Shown: positions 11,957 to 26,093 of the stretch, one piece after another
Position numbering within the stretch: position 1 is the first letter of the stretch
How the letters are laid out: each line of letters begins with the position of its first letter
Assembly: GCA_002104905.1 (NCBI GenBank)
Contig: MCFE01000463.1
Location: 1 to 64,000 of the forward strand
Source of the DNA: Basidiobolus meristosporus CBS 931.73
Taxonomy: Eukaryota; Fungi; Basidiobolomycota
Length of the DNA stretch: 64,000 bases
Reading direction: 5' to 3'
The notes under the pieces: model-generated
Database searches by the model: none
What the model saw: the letters and a program-made list of their open reading frames with translations, nothing else
What the model was told of the DNA's origin: nothing
Program-made: the position numbers and the translations under genes

Positions 11957-12759
11957 TGTGGTGGTGTAGAGGTACTCCTGGGAGAAGCTACACAACTCAA
12001 GGTGTGTGAGGTGTTTGATGGGTGCAATAACCTCTGTGTCTAGACTGCCGGTGTCTTTGTCAATATGTCACTATGGTAAAAGCTCCTGCTTCTCTAGCTT
12101 CCTAGGTGCTCCAAGTGTCTCCAAAGGCCTCTGTGTGTCTTGTGCACAGCCCTGAAAAGCTCCTTGATGGCAGGTCTGAGATGTACTGTTGAAGGCAGGT
12201 GCAGTGATCTACTGCTAATCAATAAGGTAGAAGTGTTACTGATAGAAGGGATGATTAATTGATGAGGGATTGCTTTCCCTCAAATACTTTTCCTGATTGC
12301 CAAGTGATTACTAATGACAAGGTTCTAGAAAATTCTAGGCATCAGTGGAATTCTTGATGACATCACTATGAGCTAAAAATAAGGCAAGAATGTCCTGGAA
12401 GGTTCTAAAGGGTACAGCACATCCAACCAATCAGGAATCAGTAGTCTGAAACCTGTGCAACATAGAAATACCATACATGGTATTGAAATGGTAGGGATGG
12501 TAAAACAAACCTAGGTCATGTGTCATAGGTACTGACACAGGTACTTGCCTTATGTAGGTACATTTAATAATCACAAAGCTGAATAACATCTGGATAATTA
12601 ATGCTAATAACTAATCAAGGTCAACATCATATGGGGATAATACTGATAATATGGGCAAAAGAAGAATGGGATAATACTGATAAGATAAAATACGGATAAG
12701 TATATCATAATGACTATATGAATAAACTTGTCTGTGGGAGGTATGTTTACCCTACCACA
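11957..12759 (-). repeat. Solo LTR, family 2 (803 bp)
   Basis: TG...CA termini; homologous to 61832-62635. Flanks are ATGG and GTGG, and removal restores the host frame HYLDGAKH. Confidence 0.92.
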
Positions 12760-13585
12760 GTGGTGCAAAACACAAAATCAAAGTCTTCTGTGACCATAAG
12801 AACCTCAAGTACTTTGCAACTTCCAAAGTACTAAACCAGAGACAAGCCAGATGGTCACTCTTCCTGTCCAACTTTGACTTTACTATCACCTGTAGACCTG
12901 GTGCAAAGCAAGGAAAGCCTGATGCCCTGTCCAGAAAAAAGGAATATGCCCTGGAAGAGGGAGGTGAAGCCTGTTGGCAAATGGAACACCCATTGCTGAG
13001 CAAGAAATATTTTGAGATTCTTGCCACCTAGTCCTCAAGTCTTGTCATCCCTTCATTCCTAGTAAGGATATCAGAATCCCAGGCCTCTGATATGACTTCC
13101 AACACCGTCAAGAAATATCTGGAATCCCCAGTTTGGCCCCCTCTCAAGTTCCCAAACACCCAGAACCTGCATTTGGTAAACAACCTCATTTACCACAAGC
13201 AGCAGCTTCATGTCCTAGACCTTGCCACCCAGCTAGATATCATTAAGTCTTGGCATGATTCAATGGCTGCAGGCCACTTTGGTACTGCCAAAACCTTGAA
13301 TGCTATCAAAAGAGATTTCTGGTGGCCTAGAATGACAACTCTTATCAAAGAATACATTCTGACTTGTGATATTTGCAACCGTGCAAAACCAGCCAGACAC
13401 CAGCCCTATGGACATCTTCAGCCCTTGCATATCCCAGAACACCAATCACGATCTATCTCTATGGACTTCATTACTGACCTCCCTGAGTCCTGTGGCTTCA
13501 ATGCTCTACTTCTAGTAGCTGACTGGCTGACCAAGATGGCTCACTTTATCCCTTGCTGTAAGCACACTGATGCAAAAGAAACCGC

Positions 13586-14656
13586 TGTGGTGGTGTATAG
13601 GTCCAAGGGAGAGATACATCCAACACTTCTCAAGTGTTTTGTGTGTGGGGTGTTCACTGGGTGCAATAACCTCTGGCAAAAGCTTGCTAGGAACACTTGG
13701 GTTCTGTCTCTAATCTAATGTGAAGGGGAATAAAGCCACAAGCTTGTAAAGGGAAAACTATTGAGCTATAATCCCCAACTTAGTTGGTGTCTTAACAAAA
13801 GTATGTGCTGGGTTCAGCATCCTTTGAGATGACAATGTACTAAAGCTTCCAAAGTCAAAACAACTGTAAACTCCACCAACAGGGACTTGATAAGAATGCA
13901 GCTGTGGTCAATAGTTACAAAGACAGAAAAGTATCTTTGCCTGTACAAGAACAAACTTGGGAAAGAATCAAATATAATAAAAGATACCTACTCTGAGTAT
14001 TCCTCCCAAGTAGTGCCTCCAAGGTCAGTTGGCTGTCAGCGCGGTTTCCTGGGAGTGTCCTGTGGACTAGGGTTGGAGGTTCACATAGCAGCAGGTAGCA
14101 GTGATCACACTAATCAACAAGTTGGTATATTGATAAAAGGGATGATGATTTATTGTTGAGGGATAGCCTCCCTGATATACTTTTCTTACTGGCTAAGTGA
14201 TTACTAATCATGGTGTTCCAGAAGGTTCCAGATATCAATAGAAATCTCAATGACATCAGAATGACCTAAGAATGTTCTAAGTAGGTGCCGGAAGGTTCTC
14301 AGAGGCACAGCACATCCAACCAATCAGGAATCAGAATTCTGAAACCTGTGTAACATGAGGATACCATATATGATATGGAAAGGGTAGAGATGGTGACATG
14401 GGTTGATCATGTATCACGGGTACTGGCACGGATACTTGCCTAATATAGAAGTACTTATAGCTAGTAATCTTACATAAAGTGAGTGGTAACTTATGCAATA
14501 AGGTAAGCAGGTGTGATAGTCAACTGGCTTATGGGATAGTACTGATTGGGTAAGACAAATGGGATAAAACTAAAATCAGTGTAGTAGAGATATAGGGAAG
14601 TAGAAAATAAGGCAATGAGCACATCTGTCAGTGGGTGTCACTGTCACCCCACTACA
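13586..14656 (-). repeat. Solo LTR, family 1b (1071 bp)
   Basis: Perfect CCGC/CCGC TSD. Removal restores the integrase frame [16 protein letters not shown]. Confidence 0.95.
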
Positions 14657-15404
14657 CCGCTGCATTAGTCCTCAAAAATATTTTCCACCTTCATGGTATC
14701 CCCAGTGATATTGTGTCAGATAGAGGCCCACAGTTTGTGTCCAAGTCTTAGAAACACTTCATGCAATACCTTGGTGTTCAAGTCAAGCTCTCTGCTGCCT
14801 TCCATCCTCAATCTGATGGCCAGACTGAAAGTATTACCAGATTCTAGAGCAATACCTTTGGTGCTATATCAATTACCAGCAAGACAATTGGGTTGATCTA
14901 CTCCCTGTTGCCAAGTTTGCCTACAACAACTCAAGCCATGGTGCAACCGGTTTTACACCATTCTATGCAAACTATGGATTCCACCTTCACTCTGATATCC
15001 AGATTCCAACAAACACAATGAGCTCACATGCAGCTGAACATGCCCAAGCAATCCAGGACATCCGGAATACCCTCAAGGAAGAGCTATCCTTAGCTCAGGA
15101 AAGCTACAAGAAATTTGCCAATCTAAAACAGCATCCCAGCCCTGATCTTAATGAAGGAGATTCTGTATGGTTGCTCAGAAGAAACATCAGCACCAACCAC
15201 CCTTGTGACAAATTGGATTTCAAGAAACTTGTTCCCTTCAAGATCAAGAAGAAGCTTAGCCCTATAGTATATCAGCTATAGTTACCAGCAAGTATGAAAA
15301 TCCATGATACTTTCCATATGTCCTTCCTGGAGCCATATTGCAGGAACACCTTGCCAAACTGGCAAGAAGCAAAGCCCCAAGCCATCCAGGTTGACCAACA
15401 TCAA

Positions 15405-15575
15405 GAGTTTGGAGTTTAACAGATTCTAGACTCCAAGTATATCTGGTCAAAGCTGTACTACTTAGCAGACTGGATTGGTTATGGTCCAAGTGACCAAATA
15501 TGGGAACCAGCTACCCATCTCACTAATTGTCAAGAACTGGTTACCCAGTTCCACAAGCAATATCCTGCAAAACCT
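15405..15575 (+). pseudogene. Integrase C-terminal chromodomain
   Basis: EFGV*QILDSKYIWSKLYYLADWIGYGPSDQIWEPATHL, translated by hand. Confidence 0.8.
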
Positions 15576-16387
15576 GCCCAAAAGGGAAACAGAGCTTTGC
15601 CTGCAAGAGGAGAATAGTGTCATGATCACATGACAACCATGAACACCCATGCCAACTTTCAGCTTCCTAGCTCAAGTTCTAAGAGATTCCTTCTGGAACC
15701 TTTTACCACCTTCCAGAAAGTTCCTGACCATTCCAAACCATTGTTACACAAAGGAGCATTCCATTGAAGCTTCCCATTGTAGCTTTCTTATCCAGTACCG
15801 TATATGGAAGTACCAGGTCACATGACTTAGTCACATGACCAGGTGACCAAATCCACTTCCCCATCCTGTCTCAGAGCCTTGCCTTCTATATTAATATCCC
15901 CAGCACTGCTGCTGTGCCTCACCCCACAACCCCATTAGTATTAGCTAATATCTCTTGGCATCAGTATAGCCAAAAAGTATATATAGCCCTATCCCCCATT
16001 AGGTATTCCTCAGTCTGATAAACACAGGTCTTGAATAAACAGCCTTGCCTTGTTGATCCACACCTAAGTCCTTTCCTGGTCCTGCCTTGCCTATCCCTAC
16101 TCTCCTGCCTTGTGTCTATTCATAACAGGAGCATTATACAGAACTAGTTATAGGCCGCCATACTGCTGCTGTAATGCCATCATAATCTTGCTTTGAGGCC
16201 ATTGAAATACTGTCAAGATTTTTGCTATATAAGGTGATTGGATGTCCTGGCTTGTTGAATCTATTTAAATTAGTTGTAGAGCGCAATAAGACAGCAACAA
16301 TGCCATGCAATCTTTGTCTTTTCAAGCCCCCCTGGCCCCTTTATGGGGCCCCCCAAAAACTGGTGGGGGCCACCCCTTTGCCCCTAT

Positions 16388-17755
16388 ACTATAAGCCAGA
16401 TAGAGCAAATTCAGTTCTACTAGCTCTATATGTGGATGATCTTATTATAGCCACCAATAACCTAGCAACATTGGAAGAGACTAAATACAGCCTATCTAAG
16501 GAGTTCAAGATGTCCAATATAGGAGAACTCAGTTAATACTTAGGGACTGAGTTCTCCATAGACAGAAGTACCCAGACTATCACTCTAAGCCAATCCAAGT
16601 ATATTCCAGATATACTAAAGAAGTACCTTACGGAAGACTGCTAACTGGCAGCTACCACAATGGAGACAAACATGAACTTAGTCAAAACTCCACCAAATCA
16701 ACAGAGCTTGATTCCATCTGCAAGCCCTGACTCTCCTTATCAGTCCTTGGTGGCCAGTATGATATACACAATGCTTGGAACATGTCAAGATATCTCATAT
16801 TCAGTAGGAGTTGTCAGCTAACATAATCAGAACTATGGATCTGATCATATTGCAGCAGTTAAGCAGATTTTTAGATACCTAAAAGGAACTGCCAATATCT
16901 GCGTAAGATACACTCATAAGGATTCAGAACAGGATCTTGTGGGATACTCTCATGCTGATTGGGGACAAAACTTGGAAGACAGAATATCCACCACAGGATA
17001 CACCTTTCTTTACCATGAAGGAGCAATATCATGGAACTCAAGAAAGCAACCAACTGTAGCACTTTCTACCACAGAGGCAGAGTATATGGCAGCCTGTGAA
17101 TCTACAAAAAAAGCAATATGGTTATGAAAGCTTTTTATAGATTTAGGCCTATATCAAATAATGCCTATAACTTTATTTCAAGACAATCAGCAATGCATAC
17201 AATTATGTAGAAATCCAACTTTTCATGCTAGAACTAAACACATAGATATTAGACATCATTTCATATGTGAAGCTATAGCAAGTAACTAAGTTAGCTTAGC
17301 TTAATGTCCTTCAGCTGAAATGACTGCAGACATATTTACCAAACTATTAGCTAGAGACAAACTTGATATATTAGGCCAGAATTAGGACTAGGTAGTATGA
17401 ACACTTGGCTGAGTGGGAGTGTTGTAAAAACTCAAAATTCCACCTAAATACTCACCTAACTTAGTCACTTAGATCCTAGAGAATACTGACCAAATTTCTT
17501 GTTGGGATTTACCTTGAGAATTTTCATGTTCTGGGTACCAAATATTTTGGTGAAAATATTCTAAGTTCTCCAAACAGCCCCAAACTCTGCACACATGCTC
17601 TTGGGACCCTCCTTAGCATATTTTACATGTTTGCAATGCCAAGACCTTGTAAAAGTATAAATATTGCTTTCACATTCAATAAATTATTAAGTGAAAGCCA
17701 CATACTCTACTTGTCCTTCCAAATCACTTCCAATATCTCCAAGACTCTTACAACA
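16388..17755 (+). mobile_element. Ty1/copia 3' fragment (RT-RNase H, PPT, LTR at 17420-17755), copia family 2
   Basis: LYVDDLII and STTEAEYMAA motifs; PPT GAGTGGGAG; LTR TGTTGTAAAA...TTACAACA. Confidence 0.88.
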
Positions 17756-18319
17756 TATAAATATAGTGTTTTTACTTACTCATGGTCCTGGTGTAACAGA
17801 GATCTGCAATATATCCAAAAAGCTCTTTGATGAATATGTACATGATTTGGGCCTGGTTGGATGACTGTCAGATTTTCATGTACTTGCACCAGATGTTTTG
17901 GTGAAGATATTTGAAGTAAACTCTCACACAGAGCCAGACCAGAGTTCTTTAGAATTTGCAGGCAATGATCTTGGCAACAAGATTGTTGCCAGAGTTTTGG
18001 AGATATTGTAAGTGATTGGAGGAACAAGTGGACTATGTAGTTCTTGCCTAGTGATTTATTAAATGTGCAAGGAGTATTTGTATTGTTACATGGTGTTGGC
18101 TAATGCAAAAATACATAAGATATGACCAGAAAGATTGCAGAACAAGAGGGGCAATGTTTTGTGCTGTCTAGATAACCTTGAAAAACTTCATTCCTGGATA
18201 CCTGATGTTTTGGGGGAAATATTTCAATTCCTCTTGAGAGAGAATTAGGTCAGAGTTCTCTAAGATTTCAAGGTTATGATTTAAAGGACTAAGTTAGGTG
18301 ATTATTTAGGTGTATTACA

Positions 18320-21170
18320 TGCTGTAAGGATCTTGGAGATATTGGAAGTGATTGGGAGAACATGTAGACTACATGGTCTTCACCTAATAGACTAGTTCTG
18401 TTGGATAGTGCCACATTGAGCCATGAGTGCCAAATGATGCCATAGTATGCCAGTGAGGCCAAGTGAGTCTATACTTGGCCACAGAGTGTGAAACATAGCT
18501 CTGCATCTTCATGCAAAGCAGCCCTGCATTTCACCCATTGTACTGGAGAAAATCCATTTTTTGACCTTTTTTTTGAGATCAATGTTGTGCATGATGTGTA
18601 AGAGCACAAAAAGATTGAAGACATGTGCCTGGTACTCAATACCCATGGCACTCAGAATCAAGCCCCTGTGGCCTGTAACATGTCACAAAAATGCATGGCA
18701 CTATCTTGGTCCACTGGTACTATCTGGCACTATATTTAAATATTAGCCCTAAAGTAAAACCTATATAAAGCACTTATAGTACCATATAGTACCAGTGGAC
18801 CAAGATAGTGCCATGCATTTTTGTTACATGTTACAAGCCACAGGAGCTACATTCAGAGTACCATGGGTATTGAGTATCACATGCATGTCTTCAGTCTTTC
18901 TGTGCCCTCACACATCCTAACAATGTTGATCCAAAAAAAAAGGTCAAAAAATGGATTTTTGCCAGCACAATGGGTAAAACACAAGGGCTGCTTTGCATGA
19001 AGATGTAGGGTCATGTTTCACACTCTGTGGCCAGGTTTGGGTTTGCTATGCCTTTCTGGCATGCATTGGCACTATTTGGCACCCATGGCTCAATGTGGCA
19101 CTATCCATTGGAACAAGTCTAATGATTTTTTAAATGTAAAAGTAGTATTTGTATATAATCAAGGTCTTGGCATAAGAAGCCCATAGAATATATTTGGGAA
19201 GATCTTCAGATCAAGTGTTCAATGTTTGGGGCTATTTGGAAAACATTGAGAATTCTCATGTTCAGTGTACCTGATGTAGGGTGAGAATATTGTAAGTGTA
19301 TCTTAATATGGAACTTGGTCAGTACCCACAAAGATTTTAAGGTAATGATTCAAGTGACTAACTTAGGAGGGTACTTAGGTGGAAATAGGAATTCTTACAG
19401 CAATACAAAACATACTACACTCCCACTCAGCTAAATGATCACATTGACTAGTCCTAATTATGACCTAAGATATTAAAATATGTCTCTTGTTATTGGTTTG
19501 GTAAATATGTCTGCAATAGTTTCACTGGTGACACAGTGGACTAAGTTAATCAAGTTACTTTCTATAGCTTTATGTATGAACTGATGTCTAGCATCAATGT
19601 ACTAGGTTCTAGTATCAGCAATTGGATTTCTACCAGATTGTATACATCCTTGATTATCTTGCAATAAAGAAACAGACATTTTTGACATAAACCAAAGTTG
19701 TTTAAAAGCTTTATCAGTCACATTGCTTTGTTTAAAACTTCTCAGGCTGCCATATACTCTACTGCTGTGGTGGAGAGTGCTATTGTTGATTGCTGTCTTG
19801 AATTCCATAATATTGCCCATTTACAATAAAGAAAAGTTTAACTTGTTGTGAATCTTCTATTTTCTAAACTTTACCTGCAATCAATATCTTAGTATCCTGC
19901 AAGATCCAGCTGGGAGTCCTCAAGTATACCTTAAGCAGATATCTGGAGTCCATTTTACATATTTAAAAGTTGGTTTAACTGCTGCAATATGATCAGATCC
20001 ATGGTTCCTACTATGATGTCAGACAACTCCCATTAAATATAAGATATCTGTAGGTGCTCCAAGCATGATATAAATCAGACTACTGACCATTGATTCATAA
20101 GGAAAGTTGGAACTTTACAAGGCACCAAGCCCTTGTAAATTAGTTGAGTTTTGACCTAGTCAAAGCCTGTCTCCATTGTGGTTGCTGTCAGCTTACAATT
20201 TTCCATTTGATACTTCTTTAGTGTATCTTGAATATGCTGTAAGAGTCTTGGAGATGTTGGAAGTAATTGGGAGAACAGGTAGATTATGTAGTTTTCACTT
20301 AAAGACTTATTGAATGTAAAAGTAGTATTTATACTTTTGCATATTTGTGGCATAGCAAACATGTAGATTAGGTTTAGGAGAGCTTCAAGACCATGTGTCA
20401 AAGGTTTGGGGTTGTTTGGGCAACTTTGATAATTCTCATGATCTGAGTACCAGATATTTTGTTGAAAATATTCTAAGTATTCCTAACAAGGATTTTAGTC
20501 AGTATTCTTTGGAACTTGAAGGTAATGATCTAAGTAACTAAGTGAGGTGAATATTTAGGTGGAATTACAGAGCTTTACAACACTCCTGCTCAACTAATTG
20601 TTCATACTGACTAGTCCTAACTTTGACCTGAGATATATAACCTGGTTTTTAGCTAATGGTTTAGTGAATATGCCTGCAATCATTTCATCTGTGAACAGTA
20701 AACTTAGTTAATCAAGTTATTCTCTATAGCTTCACATATGAAATGATGGCCAATACCTATGTGCTTAGTTCTAGCATGAAAGGCTGGATTTTTACTTAAT
20801 TATTTACTTCCTTAATTATCTTGAAATAAAGTAATAGGAGTTTTTAACATAAGGCTAAATCTTTAAAGAGCTTCCTTAGCCACATTGCTTCTTTTGTAGC
20901 TTCACAGGCTGCCTTATATTCTGCCTATGCGGTATAAAGTGCTACAGTTGGTTGCTTTCTTAAATTCCATGAAATTGCCCCTTTAGAGAAAAGAAAGGTG
21001 TATCATGTGATGGATCATCTGTTGTCCAATTGTTGCCCCCAATCAGCATCACAGTATCCCGCAAGATACTTTTCTGCATCCCTATAAGTGGATCTTAAGC
21101 AGATATCAGCAGCTCCTTTAGGCATCTGAAAATCTGCTTCACTGTTCTCCATGAAAAAATCTGGTCCCAT
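18320..21170 (-). mobile_element. Tandem minus-strand copia family 2 3' units (RH-PPT-LTR at 20235-20582, then RT/RH-PPT-LTR at ~18320-19420)
   Basis: Reverse complements of the family 2 LTR and of RT/RNase H sequence. The leftmost LTR contains a foldback MITE. Confidence 0.75.
18389..19120. mobile_element. Foldback MITE copy 1 (732 bp)
   Basis: AGACT...AGTCT termini, AAT/AAT TSD, ~340 bp inverted arms. Confidence 0.93.
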
Positions 21171-21183
21171 GGATGGATCCAAT

Positions 21184-24100
21184 TGATGTAAAAATTTATA
21201 TTTCCACCTAAACATTCACCTAACCTAGTCACTTAGATCATTACCTTCAAATCCTAGAGAATACTGACCAAATTCCTTGTCAGGATTTACTTAAAATACT
21301 TTCACCAAAATACCAGGTACCCAGAACATGAATATTCTCAAAGTTGTCCAAACAGCCCTAAACTTTGCACACATGCTCTTGGGACCTTTTTTAGCCTATT
21401 CTATGTCTTAGTAATGCCAAGACCATGTGAAAGTATAAATACTACTTTTACATTCAATAGATCATCAAGTGAAACCATATAATCTACTTGTTCTCCCAAT
21501 CACTTCCAATATCTCAAAGACTTTACAACAGGTTATGAGCCTTGAGCTGTCACTCTCTGCAATGTCTACTACCACTATTACTGGAATTTTTCCCTCTGCT
21601 GAAAAGTTGGATGGATCTAGCCATTAAGTGTGGATGATGAAGATGAAGGTGCTGATACAAGAAAGAGGCCTTTGGGATATTGTCATGGGTGAAGAATCCC
21701 CTCCTAAAGATGTGGGAGAGGAAGCCTTAAAGTACCAGAAGAAAGAACAAAGAGCCTTTAACTGCATTTGCCTTAATGTGAAGGACAAATTGCTAGTTCA
21801 ATGCTCAAGAGCAAAAACGGCAAAGAATGCCTGGAAGAAATTAGATGACACCTACCAGTCATGCTCAGCTGCTAAGATAATGTATTTGAGATGAAAACTC
21901 TTTACTACAAAGAGGCTGTCAGGAGAAGAAATGAAAAATCTAATTAGCAGAACTACCCTGCCGGTAGATGAAATGAAATCTGTGGGTGTACCAACTACTG
22001 ATGAGGATATGATAGTTGCCATCCTGAATAGCTTGACAGACAGGTTTCAGGGCCTTGTATCAGCCCTAGAGTCCAGAACTGAAGATTTGACCTTAAATTA
22101 TGTATATGGAAGGCCCCTGGATGAAAAATCAATAAAATCAAGTGCCAATAAGAAGGAAGAGGAAAATGCTTTAACAAGCAGTGATCACCAACAAAGAAGG
22201 TACCTAAGACCCTACAAAAGCAACAGTAACCTGTTCTGGAACTACTGCAAAAGGAAAGGACACATATCAGACCAGTGCTTCAAATAGAAAGATATTCAGC
22301 AGAAAAAGCCTGAATATGGAAATGCTGCAATAACTGAAGAAAGGCTATTCATATCTGCACTAAATATGACCATAAAAAGGATTCTCAGGCCTGGTATATT
22401 GACTCTGGCGCACTTCAACACTTTACCCACCAAAAAGTACTTTTTACCCAATATCAAGAAATTCCCATTAAGAAGGTTCTCATGGGTGACAATAGAGCAC
22501 TTGATGCAGTGGGAGAAGGAACTATCCAAGTAAACCTACAAAGCAGTGCAGGAAGCCATACACTGACCTTTAAAGAAGTAGTCTATGTACCAGAAATAGC
22601 CAAGAACCTACTATCTGTAAGCAAGGCCACAGCAGAAGGCCTCAGTTTCAGCTTTGACAATTCCAGATGCAACATCAATGATCAAAATGGTGCCCACATT
22701 GCTTTGGATATCAGAGATCAGAATCTATATAAGTTTACTTGTTTCCATTTTATTTGGAAGCCAATATAAGTAACTAAACTAAAGAAACACCAATGCATTG
22801 GCACAGGAGATTTGGGCACATCAATTTTGATTATTTGCGCAAAATGATCAAAGATCAGTTAATTTCTGAAGTAAAAATTGCTCCCCCAGCTAATTTGGAG
22901 CACTGTGAAGCCTGTATATATGGGAGACTAGCCAGACAACCATTCAAGAGCTCTGGGTTAATTGAAACCATAAAAAATTTGGATCTAATTCCCCCAGATT
23001 GGTGTGGACCTATGCAAAATTTATTCTTAGGTGGGATGAAGTACTTGATCACTTTTATTGATGATTATACAAGATACACATGGGTCTACTTCATGGAGAG
23101 AAAGGAAGAAGCTCTGTCTAAGTTCAGGGAGTTTAAAGCCATGGTGGAGAGAGAAACTGGTGAAAAAATTAAGAAAATATGCTCTGACAATGGTGGAGAA
23201 TAAATCTCAAAACTCTTCATCCACTTCTGCAAAATTTATGGGATAAAGCAAGAGACTACTGTACCATACTCCCCATAACAAAATGGAGTAGCAGAAGGTG
23301 CTAACAGATCAATAATTGATATGGCAAGATCTATGATCCATGATCAACAACTATCCTATGATTTTTGGGCAGAATCAGTTGCCACTGCTGTATACCTTAA
23401 AAACAGGAGTTATAACAGGATTCATTGTGATTCTACTTCATTTGAAGCATGGTATAGATACAGACCAAGTGCAGAACATCTAAGGATATTTGAGTGTACA
23501 GCATATGCCAAAAAACTGGCTGGAAATCAGTCAAAATTTGAGCCAAAAAGTGTAAAATGCAAATTTTTGGGCTACTACAATGAGAGTAAGGCATACAGAC
23601 TCTACAATACCAAAACAAAGAAGCTGATCAAGTCCAGAGATCTGTTGTTTGATGAAAATTCAAAATATTTACAAGAAATGACATCATATTATGACAAAAA
23701 CTTTATCTCAAGTCCACCAATTGTCAGGATTGAATCAGAGCAAAACAATGAAAATTTTTCACTCCAGAGGACTCTGAAACCATGTTTCAGCCAGAATCAG
23801 TGCCCAACAATATCTCAGAAGTGATCATTCCAGTATCAAATGCCTGGAGATCCAATTGGACAAGAAATAGCCCAAATTACTATATCAATAAGGGTACAAA
23901 CTTGGTCTGTGCCTATTCAGTCCATATTGCTGAGCCCCAGACTGTAAAAGAGGCCCTAAATAGCCCTCAGACAAAGTTTTGGAGATCTGCAATGACTGAG
24001 GAATATCAAGCCCAATGGAAAATCAAACTTGGGACTTAGTCAAATTATCAATCAACCATATATCAATTGGATGCAGATGCATCTTCATGACAAAATACAA

Positions 24101-25856
24101 GGCGGATGGTACAATTGAAAGATACAAAGCAAGACTTGTAGCCAAAGGATACTCTCAAACAAAAGGACTTGATTATATTGAGGCCATTGCACTGGTAGCC
24201 AAGTTTAACTTCATCAGATTAATATTGGCTATTGCAGCCAAATATAAGTTTTTTGTTCATCAAATGGATGTAAAACTGCTTTTTTGAATGAATAACTTGA
24301 TGAGGATGTGTATATGGACCAGCCTGATGGGTTTGCAGACCAAGATAACCCCATTTGGTCCGCAAGCTACAAAGTCACTATATGGTCTCAAACAATCACC
24401 ACAAGCGTGGAATTGCAAGATAGATTCTTATTTGGAATTTTTGAGTTTCAAAAGGAGTAATGCTAGCAATAGTATATACTATAAGCCGGATAGAGCAAAT
24501 CCAGCTCTATTAGCACTATATGTGGATGATCTTATTATAGCTGCTGATAATGAAGAAACATTGGAAGAGACAAAGTCCAGCCTATTTAAGGAGTTCAAGA
24601 TGTCCTATCTAGGAGAACTCAGTTACTACTTAGGGATTAAGTTCTCTATAGACAGAAGAACCCAGACTATTACTCTAAGTCAATCCAAGTATATTCAAGA
24701 TATACTAAAGAAGTCCAAAATGGAAGACTGTCAACTGGCAGCTACCCCAATGGATACAAACCTTGACTTGGTCAAAACTAAACCAAATCAAGAGAGCTTG
24801 GTGCCATCTGAAAGCCTTGACTTTCCTTATCAATCAATGGTCAGCAGTCTGATGTATATCATGCTTGGAACACGTCCAGACATCCCATATTCAGTAGGAG
24901 TTGTCAGCCAACACAATCAGAACTAGGGATCTGATCATATTGCAGCAGTTAAGCAGATTTTTATACACCTAAAAGAAACTGCTGATATCTGCTTATGATA
25001 CACTTATCAGAATTCAGAACAGGATCTTGTGGGATACTCCAATGTTGATTGGGGACAAAATTGGGTAGACAGAAGATCCACCACAGGATACACCATTCTT
25101 TACTGTAAAGGAGCAATTTCATGGAATTCAAGAAAGCAACCAACCATGGCACTTTCTACCACAGAGGCAGAGTACATGGCAGCCTGTGAAGCTACAAAAG
25201 AAACAATGTGGTTAGGAAAGCTTTTTACTGATTGAGGCCTATTTAAAAAATGCCTATTACTTCATTTCAAGATAATCAAGGATGTATACAATTAGGTAGA
25301 AATCCAACTTTTCATGCTAGAACCAAGCACATAGATATTACACATCATACCATATGTGAAGCTATAGAGAATAACCTAGTTAGCTTAGTTTACTGTCCTA
25401 CAGATTTAAAGGATTGCAGACATATTTACCAAACCACTAGCTAGAGACAAGTTTCAATATCTTAGGTCAAAATTAGGATTAGTCAGTATGACATTTAGCT
25501 GAGTGGAAGTGTTGTAAAAATTTGTATTTCCACCTAAATATTGAACTAACTTAGCCACTTAGAGCATTACATCCATATCCTAGAGAATACTGACCAAATT
25601 CCTTGTTGGGATTTATTTAGAATATTGTCACCAAAATATCAGGTACCCAAAACATCAAAATTATCAAAGTTGTCCAAACAGCCCCAAACTTTGCACACAT
25701 GTTCTTGGGACCTTCCTTAACCTATTTACATGTTTGTTATGCCAAGACCAGGTAAGAGTATAAATACTAGTCTTACATTCAATAAATCATTAAGTGATAA
25801 CCACATAATCACTTGTTCTCCCAAACACTTCCAATATCTCCAAGACTCTTATAATA
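21184..25856 (+). mobile_element. Full-length but decayed Ty1/copia (family 2); LTRs at 21184-21530 and 25510-25856
   Basis: PBS GGTTATGAGCC at 21531. Fragments of gag, protease, IN (DNGGE), RT (YVDD) and RH occur in order with many stops and frameshifts. No TSD match found. Confidence 0.92.
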
Positions 25857-26093
25857 TTGAATTTCCTTTTTGCAGCAAAGATACTGCTTTCTCTACCTGA
25901 GATTTTGACTGCTTCAAAAATATTATCCGCTCATTTTGTTTCTGGACTATTTCCTGATTTCTCTGGGCCATTGCTTCAGTCCTATCAGCCACTGAACCTA
26001 ATTGCCTCACTAATGCCTTGTTATGAGCTGACAACACACAAGACTTATTCAGTTGGATAGTGCAACATAATGCCAGCCTGTTTTTGGTGCTGG

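Larger units (their letters stand above)
11020..16127 (+). mobile_element. Chromovirus-type Ty3/gypsy remnant: truncated 5' LTR joined to RT, then RH, IN and chromodomain; 3' LTR at 15618-16127; carries two nested solo LTRs
   Basis: Motifs YLDD, TDASDFALGAILSQ, DKELLAI, HDSMAAGHFG...CDIC and SMDFITDLP. LTR termini TGTCATGA...TCATAACA; PPT AAGAGGAGAATAG. Confidence 0.9.

Noticed and set aside
13887-14159. Near-identical 90-aa ORFs at 13887 and 50162, and repeated small ORFs in the foldback MITEs
   Set aside because: They recur only because the LTR or MITE DNA is repeated, and I see no coding motifs.
18389-19120. Recurrent GTGCCA/TGGCAC motifs resembling a CRISPR or tandem array
   Set aside because: Spacing is irregular, there is no fixed repeat-spacer structure and no cas genes; these are subterminal repeats of DNA transposons.
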